A DNA stretch of 64,000 nucleotides from Catajapyx aquilonaris (Eukaryota), in assembly GCA_000934665.2 (NCBI GenBank), contig KZ537999.1:248001-312000 (forward strand). Direction: 5' to 3'. The translations under genes and the position numbers were made by a program. Under the pieces are notes generated by a model. The model searched no databases and was not told the DNA's origin. It was given only the letters and a program-made list of their open reading frames with translations. The number at the start of each line of letters is the position of its first letter. Position 1 is the first letter of the stretch. Positions 1-11,879 of the stretch are shown here, piece by piece.

Positions 1-909
1 CATTTGGCGAAGAAATTTCTATCAAACCATTCACTTTCATAATAACTGAACTGTAAACTTATAGCTGTAATTAATTTTGTTTTTGTGAATGGAAAAATGG
101 CATAATAAGATGACAGGTCGAAATATCATTAGGTGATTTTTTTTGCAAGATTCGTAAATAACTTACAATGTTTATGTAATAGAAAAAGAAATGTACAGAG
201 GGTGTTTACAAAGAAAAACGAGTCTTTCCTGTTGCCAAGGTCGTTTAACAGCAATTAACTTATCAAAATATCATAGTGGATGTTGTACAATGAATCATAC
301 TCTATAATAAATTACAGGCAATATTGCACACACAACAACTTGTTCCCGCATAATTTTGGAAGAATAACCGCCATATTTGCCTCCCCATGACCCCATCGCC
401 TGCAGCTACAGATTACAGAACCTTAAGAGTACCGGTAATAAAAATATTACACGCAATTTACTGAATTAAACGCACTGCTTATATCTCAAGAGGCACGAGT
501 TTTCTCAGTATATGCACCCTAAATGCATGTTGGTCCGGTACAATAATGATGACATAATGATATTATTTAACCCAGATACCAGTTCGATATATGATGATCA
601 GTTCACCGTTTTTTTTTCAGGAAACAATTCCACAGAAAACATTAGAAAAATATCGAGTCATTAATTCCCAATAACTATGCAGTAACATCAGCTAGACGTA
701 GTGAAAATACACCAAAAACTACAATAAAAAGAGTGTATGGCTGCTTCAGATAATAATAACGCCTTATCTGGAATATCTTCATTCCATTGTGATATGTCTG
801 CATATCAAGGCTTCAAATGATTAGGAAATCGCTAGAGGAAAATCAGAGTGCTTAAAGTACGAGATAATGCACCAGTTGTGAGAAGTTGTCCCTAAATTCT
901 GTGGATGAA

Positions 910-3900
910 ATGGCTTCGGCGAGTTCACCCATGTTTGGAATCGACCTGGGCACTTCCGAGTCCAGAATCGCAGTGTGGAAGGATGGACAAATCCAGGTTA
1001 TTCCTACCGTGAAAGGACAACTTTATACACCCAGTTACGTCACTTTTACTGGCCAACACATTTTAGCTGGAGACGACGCCAAAAACCAGGTTAGCATGCT
1101 GGTTTAGCTTCAACTTTCAAGCAGTTCATGACCTGCCGGTTTCAGGTTTCAAACCCGGAAAACACTGTGTTTTACGTCAAGCGTCTGATTGGAAGAGATG
1201 GCGACGGCACTCTACCAGGAACCACCAAATTCCACTGGCCATTTCAAGTCTCGATTATTTCAAGAGAGGCACATATGGTGGTAAGAAAAGGCGGAAAGTC
1301 GGAAACGTACAGTCCTGAACAAATCATGCACACTGTGCTGGATAAAATGCTGAAAGATGCCAAGATGTTCATGAACCTCGAAGTGAACCGCGTCGTAATG
1401 ACTGTTCCCACTTATTTCAACGAGGACCAACGAGAACGAGCAACAATGAATGTGGCTAAAATGGCCAAAGTCAACTTGATTCATGTGATCGACAGCAGCA
1501 CAGCGGCTGCCCTTGCTTACTGCTTCAGAAAGAACCTGAAGGACGCGGAGAACATCTTGGTGTACGACATGGGCACATATGTGTTCCAGGCAGCCTTGCT
1601 GAACGTGAAGGACCTCAACCCGGAAGTGGTTGCTAGCGATAATTTCCATAATCTAGGAGGCAGAAACCTGGATCAAGGTCTGCTGTCGCACTGCTTCGCT
1701 GCTATTATGAAGGACAGTAAGTTAGACTTGAGGAATGACATCGAGGCCAGATGGAAGTTGTTCCCAGCTTGCGAGGAAGCTAAGAAAAAATTGTCGTTTC
1801 AAAACGAGACGATTATCCGAGTTGATAATCTCTGCAAGGACTATAATTTCAACTTCAAGGTATTATGTAAAGCCTATACTTTGTATAGCTGTGGATATGT
1901 TGTCATAATATTATTGCCCTCTCGCCGTTCCAGATATCTCGACAAAAATTCGAATCACTCAGCTCAGAAGTGATTAAGAAAACTCTCAGCGTAGTGGGAG
2001 ATGTATTGTCGACGGCTAAGGTTGAAAAGAGCAAAGTAAAACACGTGGTCCTTGTGGGTGGTTCCTCACGAATACCCAAGTTGAGGGAGGTGGTAAAGGA
2101 TTACTTTAATTTGAAAGAGTTGGACCACTTCATCGACCCAGAGGAAGCAATCGTGTATGGAAGTGCTGTGCAAGGTGCACTTCTGAACAAAAGCATAAAA
2201 ATCGAAGATATGAGGAAGGTTTGTTAGTGCGGTACCGTACCTTTGCCTAAGCATCGAAAGTTTTTTTTCTCGGCAATATATGATTTTCAGATGAGTTCAG
2301 AAAATAGGCAACCACATGTGCCCAATATTCCAAAGAGCAACATGCCCGGAAGAGGACCAGCTGTGGGCATAGATTTGGGCACCACATGTTCGTGCATTGC
2401 TGTGTGGAAAGAAGGCCGTGTAAACATATTGTTCAACGACCATGGTAATCGAGTGACGCCAAGTTACGTCTCGTTCACCGAAGAAGAGAGGCTTGTAGGA
2501 AACCCAGCCAAGCAACAGGTCAGATGCTGAGTAAATTTGAGACTTAATTTCGTTTAAATGAATGCATATTTCAGATGCTAATGAAGCCTGAGAACACTGT
2601 GTTTGATGCAAAACGACTGATTGGGCGTACTTACAATGACCCTGAAACTCAGAACGACATTAAATCCTGGTGTTTCCGGGTAGTAGATGAGGCTGGTAAA
2701 CCCCGCATTGAAATTAAATACCAGAGAGGGAGGAAAAGGTTTTATCCTGAGCAAATAAGTTCAATGGTTCTGGCCTATTTGAAGCAGACAGCCGAGTCTG
2801 CTTTGAGAACAGAGGTGACCGACGCAGTGGTGACCGTACCTGCTTACTTCAACGACGCCCAAAGACAAGCGACCAAAGACGCGGCACAGATAGCTGGTCT
2901 GAACGTCCTCCGAATAATAAACGAACCGACAGCAGCAGCCATTGCCTACGGATTGGAAAACAAGGCGATGGAAGAGCGTACAGTCCTGGTGTACGATCTC
3001 GGAGGAGGTACATTCGACGTCACTGTTCTGACCATCGAAGACTTGACCTTCAAAATCAGGTCGACATGCGGAGACACCCATTTGGGAGGCAGAGACTTTG
3101 ACAACCGAATGGTGGACTTTTACGTCAAAATGTTGAAGACGAAGCAAAATACGGACATTTCAAGCGATCGCAGGGCCATGCAACGACTGCGTGTTGCGTG
3201 CGAGGAAGCGAAAGAAGCGCTCTCAAGTAGCACGTCTTCATACGTCGTTGTGGACAACATTTGCAATGGAATTGACTTAAACCATAAGGTGTGCTTTAAA
3301 AAGGAAAGTCACCATTTTAATAACGTCTCTTTACTTTCTTGCACTTTATTTTGCAGTTGACAAGAAACAGGTTCGACGACCTCTGTTTGAGCCTGTTTCG
3401 AAAGACGTTGGATATTGTACAACAAGCTCTTTCTGATGCAAAAGCAGACAAGAAGGACATTCATGACGTGGTTTTGGTTGGCGGTTCCACTCGCATACCA
3501 CGGATACAGGCCATGGTCAAGGAGTTTTTTAACGGAAAAGAACTCTGCAAGAATGTTCATCCTGAGGAATCGGTGGCCATCGGAGCTGCTGTTCAAGCCG
3601 CTGTCCTCAATGGTGGTCCCAAAGACCCTCGAATTAATAGAGTGGCGCTAGAGGATGTGATCCCGATGTCTCTTGGGATACAAGCCGAAGGACATAAAAT
3701 GGTGCATATCCTTAAAAAGAACACCATGATTCCCTGCAAAAATTCAAGGATGTTTACAACAGTTCAACACGACCAGAATCTAATTCCCATACGTGTGAGT
3801 AATACAGAATGTTGTTCAATTTGCTACAAATCATTAAACTAGTTTTGTCAACAATATGTTAGGTTAGTCAATGTTTATTCTAAGCTATATACTATAACAG

Positions 3901-4422
3901 TTAATATTTTTCCAGATATATGAAGGGGAGAACGACGAGACGGAAGAAAACAACTTTCTGGATTTATTTACCTTGAGTGGCTTATCTCTGAAACCTGCAG
4001 GGGTCCCTAAATTTAGGGTGACGTTTGAAGTTGACGAAAATGGCATTCTCAACGTCACCGCAGTCGAAACCACGTCAGGCCAAACTAACAAAGTAACCGT
4101 TACAAATTCAAGGGTACGATTCAGCCAAGAGCAGATTGAGCAGATGAGACGGGAAGATGAGAGACTCAGAGAAGCAGACAGAAAAAGAAAGGCTCAACAA
4201 CTTGCCAAGAGTGAATTGGAAAAATACATATTCTCTGCCAAGGAAGAATTGGAAAGCACATCTGCTGTTAAAGCCAGTTCAAAAGTACAGATGAAGCGCA
4301 TGAAAGAAAAATGCCTCTCGCTATTGGATTGGATCGAGGAAAACCCACTGGCAGGAAAGGAAGTGTTTGAGAAGAAATTTGACATGTTTAAGAAAGAATG
4401 GTTGAATTTTAAGCGTAAATAA
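910..4422 (+). CDS. Locus A: double-NBD HSP70 fusion (altered NBD + near-canonical HSP70, ~1021 aa, no EEVD)
   Basis: Exons 910-1089, 1146-1859, 1934-2218, 2291-2518, 2575-3288, 3357-3794, 3916-4422; all introns GT-AG, phase 0. Two GIDLGT motifs and two VLVGGS[ST]RIP motifs. The second NBD has IINEPTAAA and DLGGGTFD. A 72-nt intron (2219-2290) joins ...EDMRK to MSSENRQ...GIDLGTT in frame. Confidence 0.8.
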
Positions 4423-4604
4423 AAAATTTGAGACTAACACCAAACATGTTGTGGCTGGATTTGACCTAATATAAATTTTGTTGGAATATTTACACATAAC
4501 TTCATCCTCATGTTGGTTGCATGCAGTATTATTAAAAGTTCAGATAGCTTATTCAAAGGCGACTAAATAATGTTCTGCATTACGCAATATCTCCAGGGGA
4601 AATA

Positions 4605-7151
4605 TTATTGCTTTATTATTATGCCCAACTTATTCGTCACATTTTGCACATTTGCTTTGAACTCATCCAGCTTAGAAATAAATTCACTTTCTTCGGCCAG
4701 CTCGTTGTCGTCAATAAAGTCTAGAACCATGGCGCACTCATTCGTCACCTCTTGCCTCTCCTTTTGAGGCAGTTTGTCACTGCCCAATTCTTCCGCCGCT
4801 TGCTTCACAGTGTACGCATAATTTTCCAGAACCATTTTGGCCTCGTCTCGTTTTCTCCTTATGAGGTCCATGTCGCGAAATTTTTGCAGGTCTCCCTTCA
4901 TATTTAACATTTCGTCCCCTTGATGATGGGTCACCGTATAGTGCCTTTCGCCAACCGCTGCTTCTGAAGATTTGATATCCAAAATTCCGTTGGAATCCAC
5001 CCTGATCACCAGTTCAGTCATACCATTTGAATAATTATTGCGGGTATTGACTGATTTTTTGGGGTCTTCTACCTGTAACAATATTGAAGCGACCTAATAA
5101 TAATGCGCAAGTAACAAAATGTCAAAGTGTAATAATATTATTAGTGTGACAGATTCATAAAGGTGCTCCACTGCTCCTAATTGCTAACACTGCGAGCGCA
5201 AGCACCATACGAAGCAACCAACATTGAAATAGTCATTTTTGTAAAGCAAATCATGTTACTTACACGTACTGTGACGTCCACAAGTTTCCTTCCTACATTT
5301 TTGTTTGTAGTGATTTGACCGTAGCTAATCCCCGCGTTTTTCTCAAAGATTTGCATGATCCCTTTGTTAAAGTTTATATCCAGATTTAAACTGACCTCCT
5401 CACTCTTCAAGCTCTTATTGCAGTACAACACGACGTCCGAATTGCTTGGAAGTCTCTGGCAAGCAGTTAAGTCGATGAAGTCGTCATTTCTAATGTCGTT
5501 AGTTAAACATTTGGAATAACAACCCAGCTGCTCTCGCGTCATGGCTGCAACTAACCTGTACTGATTAGGATCATTTTCCGTCTCCGCAAAATGACCTGCC
5601 CAGGAATTTACAGGGCTGACTATCCTGTTGTCTACATCTCCAATCACCGCAGTTTCCTTGCAAGTGTCATTTTCGTTATTTGGAAATGAAAAGCTGTGTT
5701 CAGTTATTATCGATTCATCCACAGACTTCGCATCCATTTCTTTCGTGGCCTCGAAGCTACTGTCAAAAAGACTGGTTTTTCTCAAAGGATAAGCCAATGA
5801 TTCAATAATTTCGGTTTTTTGGTAGGGCCCATAGAGAGTGCTGGGCACTTGGTTTGCAACATGTCCGCCAACAATGGCCGCCCCACGGGCAACCGCTTCC
5901 TGAGGGTCTATGCACTGGTCCAGCTCTGTCAACTGGAAGTAATCCTTCACCATCTCTCTCAACTTTGGTATTTGGGTTGACCCACCAACCAGGATAACGT
6001 GCTCTATTTGACCTCTTGTTACATCGGCTTTTCTTAATGCACGTTCCACTACACTCAACGTGGTGGAGAAAGTGTCGATGCACATCTCCTCAAATTGATA
6101 CCGAAAAATCTGTGGATATAAGACAAAACTGAGAAAATTAAAAATGGCAGCAGTAATATATTTCTTTGCTACAATTCGTAAGCAAATAATGTAATAGTAC
6201 AGTGTATACCTTACGTGTGAAATTGCGGTTCTGGTAGAGATTGTTAACTTGTATTGTACTCTCATCTTGATAAGACAATGTTTTCTTAGCATCCTCACAG
6301 GCTGGGTAGAGTTTCCAGTGGAGCTTAATATCACTCGAATCCACATTATGATATTCCCGAATTATTTCCAAGCAATGTGACACTAGGAGTCGATCCAGGT
6401 TTATGCCTCCCAGATTAATGTTATTGTCGTATGCAACCATTTCCGGAATAAAATCCTACACCTTCATCACCGACACTTCGAAAGTGTATGTTCCCATGTC
6501 GTAAACCAGCACAAGACAAGTATCCTTTAGCTTTTTCTCGTAGCAGTAAGCAAGAACAGCCGCAGTAGAGTTGTCTATGACACGAAGAAGATTGATTTTG
6601 GCAATTTGCGCCACCTTGTTCGCTGCTTGATTTCGTTGAGCCTCGTTGAAATAATTAGGAACAGCCATCACAGCGTCGGTAGCATCGAGACCGAAGAATA
6701 TTTTCACATACCTCAGCATTTTTCTCAGCACAATAAACATAATGTATTCTGGACGGTACTTGTTGACCTTTCGATCATTTTCAATTGAAATTCGTGCTTC
6801 TCCATTATTAATCGACACGTGAAACGGCAAGGTCTCATTACGCTGACTAATCAGACGCCTCACATCAAAGATGGTATTTTTCTGGTCATCTCCAATCTGT
6901 AATGAGAAACAAAATGTCACGTATCACATAATTCGTTTAATAATAGAAAAAAGAGCAAACCCAACCTGTTTCTTGGCTAACTGTCCGATGAAAACTGTGT
7001 CTCCCATGAAAGTTACGCAGCTGAACATGAAGCGTTTCTCCCTATTGTAATAGTTCGGAATCAAATGCACATTTCCATTTTCCCAGGCCGCAATTCTGGT
7101 CTCAGAAGTCCCCAAGTCGATTCCAAGCACTGGAAATATCGGAGGTTCCAT
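4605..7151 (-). pseudogene. Locus B: altered-NBD HSP70-like gene with in-frame TAG
   Basis: Exons 7151-6966, 6896-6210, 6109-5264, 5072-4605. Motifs [27 protein letters not shown]. Reads VMKV*DFIPEMVA with TAG at 6456-6458, where paralogues read NVKD[LF]xPE. Confidence 0.8.
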
Positions 7152-7775
7152 TTCTTCAGAGGAGTATCACCTGCTCGAAATATTTCTTGAAAAATGCTGC
7201 GACAAAGTTATAGACCCAACACCTGTTCTTTCCATAATGCTAGATGACAATCTGACAAATTCTTTTTTCTCTCGTGTTATCTCTTCACCATAGCAACGAG
7301 ATGCGATTGGCATTTAGATAACAGTAGATAATGATTGGAAATTATGAGAAAGTCGTCCAAGGGTATTTCACGGATGTAGACTGGAGTAAATAATACTTTA
7401 CAAGTTTACATAGTGTCTACTCCGCTGTTACTGGCATTTCTCATCTTGACATTTTGGACTTGCATTGGGCCAAGGTAGCCATAGAATGATATGAACTACT
7501 AACTCAGTCTTTATAAGCAGTACAGATGCACTTTTCAACAGATGGGTGGATATTATACGAGTCGTTGACAAGAGACAACTGATCAGAAACCTTTATTTAT
7601 CACCGTACAAAAATGCAATATGCTTTGAAAATGGTTTACCGCTTACAATAACTCATGCATTGTTATACATTATAACAGGATCTAACATTAAAAAGTGAAC
7701 AGCTTGCAAATAGTGCAAATAATTCATTTTTCAAGTTATTTAAAAAAATGATAAAAGCAGTTGAAGTGCATTGTG

Positions 7776-10400
7776 TTACAGGTTTGGATGTAACAAAGGT
7801 TGGAATTTCTCTTTGATTTCTTCCAGCTTTGCTTCGAATTCGGTTTGGCCACACTCTTTGCTTTCGTCTATAAAGTGTACCATTTGATCACACTCATCCT
7901 TCATGAACTGCTTATCATTTTCGGACAATGTGGATTCTTCTTCCAACTCATGCTTCACGAAGTACACGTAGCTTTCCAACTCAGTTTTGGCCATGTCTCT
8001 ATTCCTCCTAACCGATTCTGTTTCGCGAATTCTGTTCAGCTCTTTCTTCATTTCTGAAAGGTTAGTTTTCCTTAACTTCTCCGCTTCGTTCTCGGTGATT
8101 ATGCTGAAGCTTCGGTCGGGCAGAATTTCGGCTGCTATCACGTCGACAATTCCACTGACATCGACACTGCAAGTGACGTCTCTGATTTTCTTCAAGCGAT
8201 TGCCCTCGTCCAATGCTGAGTCTCGTATTAGTTCCTGAAACTTAATGGAAAAGTAAATACAGGCTAACACTGTAAACATTATTTTACCACATAGACGCAC
8301 AGACCACATATTATGCGTGTATTAGACTTACAGGTAAAGTGATGTTTAACAGGCCTTCTCTGCTCTCGCACTTAATGCTGTTGGAAGAAATCCGCATCTT
8401 ATCCATCCCAATGTTCAAAACTCCTCCAGTATACTTTACATCCAGAGGTAAACGTCCTTTATTACTCTCACTCCTGATTCTGCTGCTTTGGTCAACTTCA
8501 TTATTACTGCTTGTAATTTCTTCCTGACCTGTGCTGATGTCGGCACCTTTGGCTTCGTTGACACTTTCGACTGTCTTGTCACAAACGTCTTTGGAAGTAT
8601 TTTCTGATGGCCTAGTCTCTGTGTTACTGCCATCAGCCATGGGATCTTCCATGAAGGAAATTGTATACTCGTGGAAGGCTGCTGGATCTTGGCCCTGTCT
8701 GTTTTCTCGAAGCTGAACATTTCCGTCACCTTCCGCGGCCTCGGCTGACCTTTCGTCTGGTACGTCCGTTTCTGGACTTGTCTCCTGTCTGATGTCACCT
8801 TCGGCTGAAGATTGCTCGTGACTGGGAACTGCTTGATATTGGCCCTTCTTCTTCGACTTCTTTCTAGGCCAACGGAGGCAACAACACCCAGTTGGAGAAG
8901 AACCACCTCTTACATCTCCCGTATCGTCTCTGCTCATACTTTTATGCAAAAGACCACCTTGAACAGCAGCCCCGTACACAACTATTTCCTGCGGATCTAT
9001 GCTCTGGTCCAGTTCCTCCAAATGGAAATAGTTCTTCACCATCTCCCTCAGCTTTGGTATGTGCGTCGATCCACCTACCAGGACAACGTGATCTATTTGA
9101 TCTCTTTTTATTCCGGCCTTCGCTAACGCTTGTTCCACTACATCCAGCGTTGCATCGATCAGGTCAGTGCATATTTCTTCTAAATGATGTCGGGAAATCT
9201 GTGGATATGAATAAACAATTAATAAGCAACATTCATGAAGAAGCAAGAGTTCGTTCTTAGCTATCGACTGAGGAATAAGTTACAATACGAGCTGCCTAAT
9301 GGTTGAAATGAAATGGGAAATAAAATTCTTCCCATAAAAATACTGACGCACCTTTATTTATTAACTGTATGGCTTACTGTACCTTGCAGGTAAAGTTGTA
9401 GTTCTTTCCGATATTTTTAATCTCTATAGTAGTCTCATCTTGCGAGGAGAGAGTTTCCTTTGCATTCTCGCAAGCTAGGAAAAGCTTCACCAGCGTGGCG
9501 ATGTCGTTATTCAAATTATGCCTTTTCTCCTGCTGCATCAACGTCAAGCAATGCGACATAAGCCATTCATCCAGATATTTACCTCCAACCTGGATGTCAC
9601 TCTCATGGGCAACAATTTTGGGGTTGAAGTCCTTCACGTTCAGGACGGACACTTGGAATGTGTATGTGCCCAGGTCATACACCAGAACAAGACCAGGGTC
9701 TTTAAGATCCTTTTTGAAGCAGTAGGCAAGGGCAGCAGCAGCGCAATCGTCGATGACTTGAAGTATGTTGATCCTGGCTAAGGCTGCAACCTTGCTTGTT
9801 GCTTGCTTTCGTTGGACCTCGTTGAAATATGTTGGCACCGCCATTACTGCACTGGTCACTTTGACACCCATAAATTCCTGAGAATCTTTCAACATTTCTT
9901 CTAGCACCCAGAAAAACAGGCGTTCTGGATGATATTTTTGAGTCTTTCCTCTTATCTTCACTTTAACATATTCTTCTCCTTTGACAGCAGATACTGGAAA
10001 CGGCCACTTATTTTTGCTGATTTTTGCAAAGGGGCCGTCATTGCCCCGCACAATGAGGCGTTTCACGTCAAAGAAAGTGTTCTCCGGATTGTAGATCATC
10101 TGTAAAAGAATAATTATTAAAACGTGCTTGTACAATCAGAGCCGGATCAGAGATACGCCGTATTAAAATCATATCGTCTTCTGGGACAGTTACATGGTAG
10201 GAATGCAAAATAACCTTTTCCTTGGCGAAGTTTCCGACATAAGTGGTAGTATCTGCGCACAAGACGTAACTGGGTGTGAAATGTTTTTCTGTGTCGTAGT
10301 TGCTGGGAATGAGCTTGACAATTTCGTCCTTCCATACAGCTATTCTGGACTCCGACGTGCCCAAATCTATTCCAAACACTGACGTCACCCCATACGCCAT
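7776..10400 (-). CDS. Locus C: altered-NBD HSP70-like protein with disordered linker, degenerate SBD and lid (~742 aa)
   Basis: Exons 10400-10215, 10099-9383, 9198-8332, 8234-7776. Motifs [34 protein letters not shown]; lid AKTELESYVY. Confidence 0.82.
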
Positions 10401-11879
10401 TGTGGCACAATTTTACTTCCCTGTTCAAATCCTGAAAAACAGACTATTGATTAATCTGTAAACTTATGGAACATTAAAGTAGGGCGTTGATATTTTAATG
10501 AGCAACATAGTAGTTGTTCAGCATTTAAACGCAATACTGATTTTTTAAAATTATTATCAATTTACACGACCAACAGCGCTTTCATTGTGACAAACAATCC
10601 CAATAGTATGTTCTAAGAAATCCAATTTCGTCATAAAATATTGTAAATTAATATTTTTACTTGATAACGCGTTATCGACATTTAATTACTTCCATAATGT
10701 TTAATCATAAACAAATTTACAGGCACAAATATAGTAGCGAGGGCGTCACTTACCTGTACTAAATTGCGGCGATTTGGTAAATGAACCTTCAAAATATTAT
10801 TCGCTTCTACAATCCATAACTCTCGTCAGTTTCTTCACATTGGGATCGGACCCTACTCTCTCTGACATCCACCTGCAGGACCTTGAACGTTACAAGTATC
10901 AATTCATGTTGAGTTTACACGTTATCTAGTTGCCACAGCAATGCGATAGACGTCTGGGAATCATCTCTCATCAGCCAGGATTGTAAGAGATAGCTTGAGC
11001 ATGATAACACGTTTCCCACTTATGTTGAAAAAAATGTCCTAAAATCACTCTCAGAACAATAATAAGTGCGGCTTGATATACTCTGATTCAATTATGTAGA
11101 GTGTGTTTCAATAATATTGATAACGCCATAATGCTGTTAGCAATCTGTCGCTTGAAACTGCTAATTCTTGAATGGTTCCTTTGCAGAAGCAACTTTTTGC
11201 GGTTATTTAAAAGATTAGTTGCTATTAAGCTAAATGGACCCACTCCTAGAGATAAAGATATGTTTGACTACAGTTAAAACCAAGGCTAAAGCTAACTGTT
11301 CGAAAATAACTGCTTGAAAATAATTTTATATCATAATAATCTCCAACTTATATTGTCGTCTCAATATTAGAACTTGATGTGCAGTATGAAAGGAAAGAAC
11401 CTCCCCAAATTGGCTGTGGAAAAATGCTAATAAGTATCATAAGTTCATAACAGTGGGACACATCCTATAATGATTGTACACCCCATTTGGAAAATGTTCT
11501 ATATTGTTGAAAACAAATGATTTTCATATTTTCCCAGGACAATTGGTAGACTGCAGAGGTTATGCTGAAATTGTTCAGGTATGGCAATCAGATCCTTGGC
11601 GATTAAAACTATACCGGCTATGGTACGTCATTTTTTGATGTGAGGCTGAATTTTGGCGTGTCAAGGAAATTTGGATTAGATTAATAAAATTAAATAACAT
11701 TACTAAATATATAATAGGAAACATACGCTATAAATAATATTATCACAACTGCCTTATCATTGACCAGGGTAACCTGAAGCAACTCCGTTAATAATTACTG
11801 ACAACTCAATCTACCAAGAAGGGAATGGTCGTGTGTAGAACGGACATATGTACCTGTATATGACAATAATTATTTTATT

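Noticed and set aside
910..2218. Assignment of altered NBDs to HSP110/Grp170 or HSPA14 orthologues
   Set aside because: Intron positions and exon-2 length match the neighbouring HSP70s, pointing to local derivation; orthology cannot be claimed without a phylogeny.
1260..3147. Antisense ORFs overlapping HSP70 exons (also 18274-18657, 27075-27659, 58250-58663)
   Set aside because: Antisense open frames are common opposite HSP70 coding sequence; no independent gene signals.
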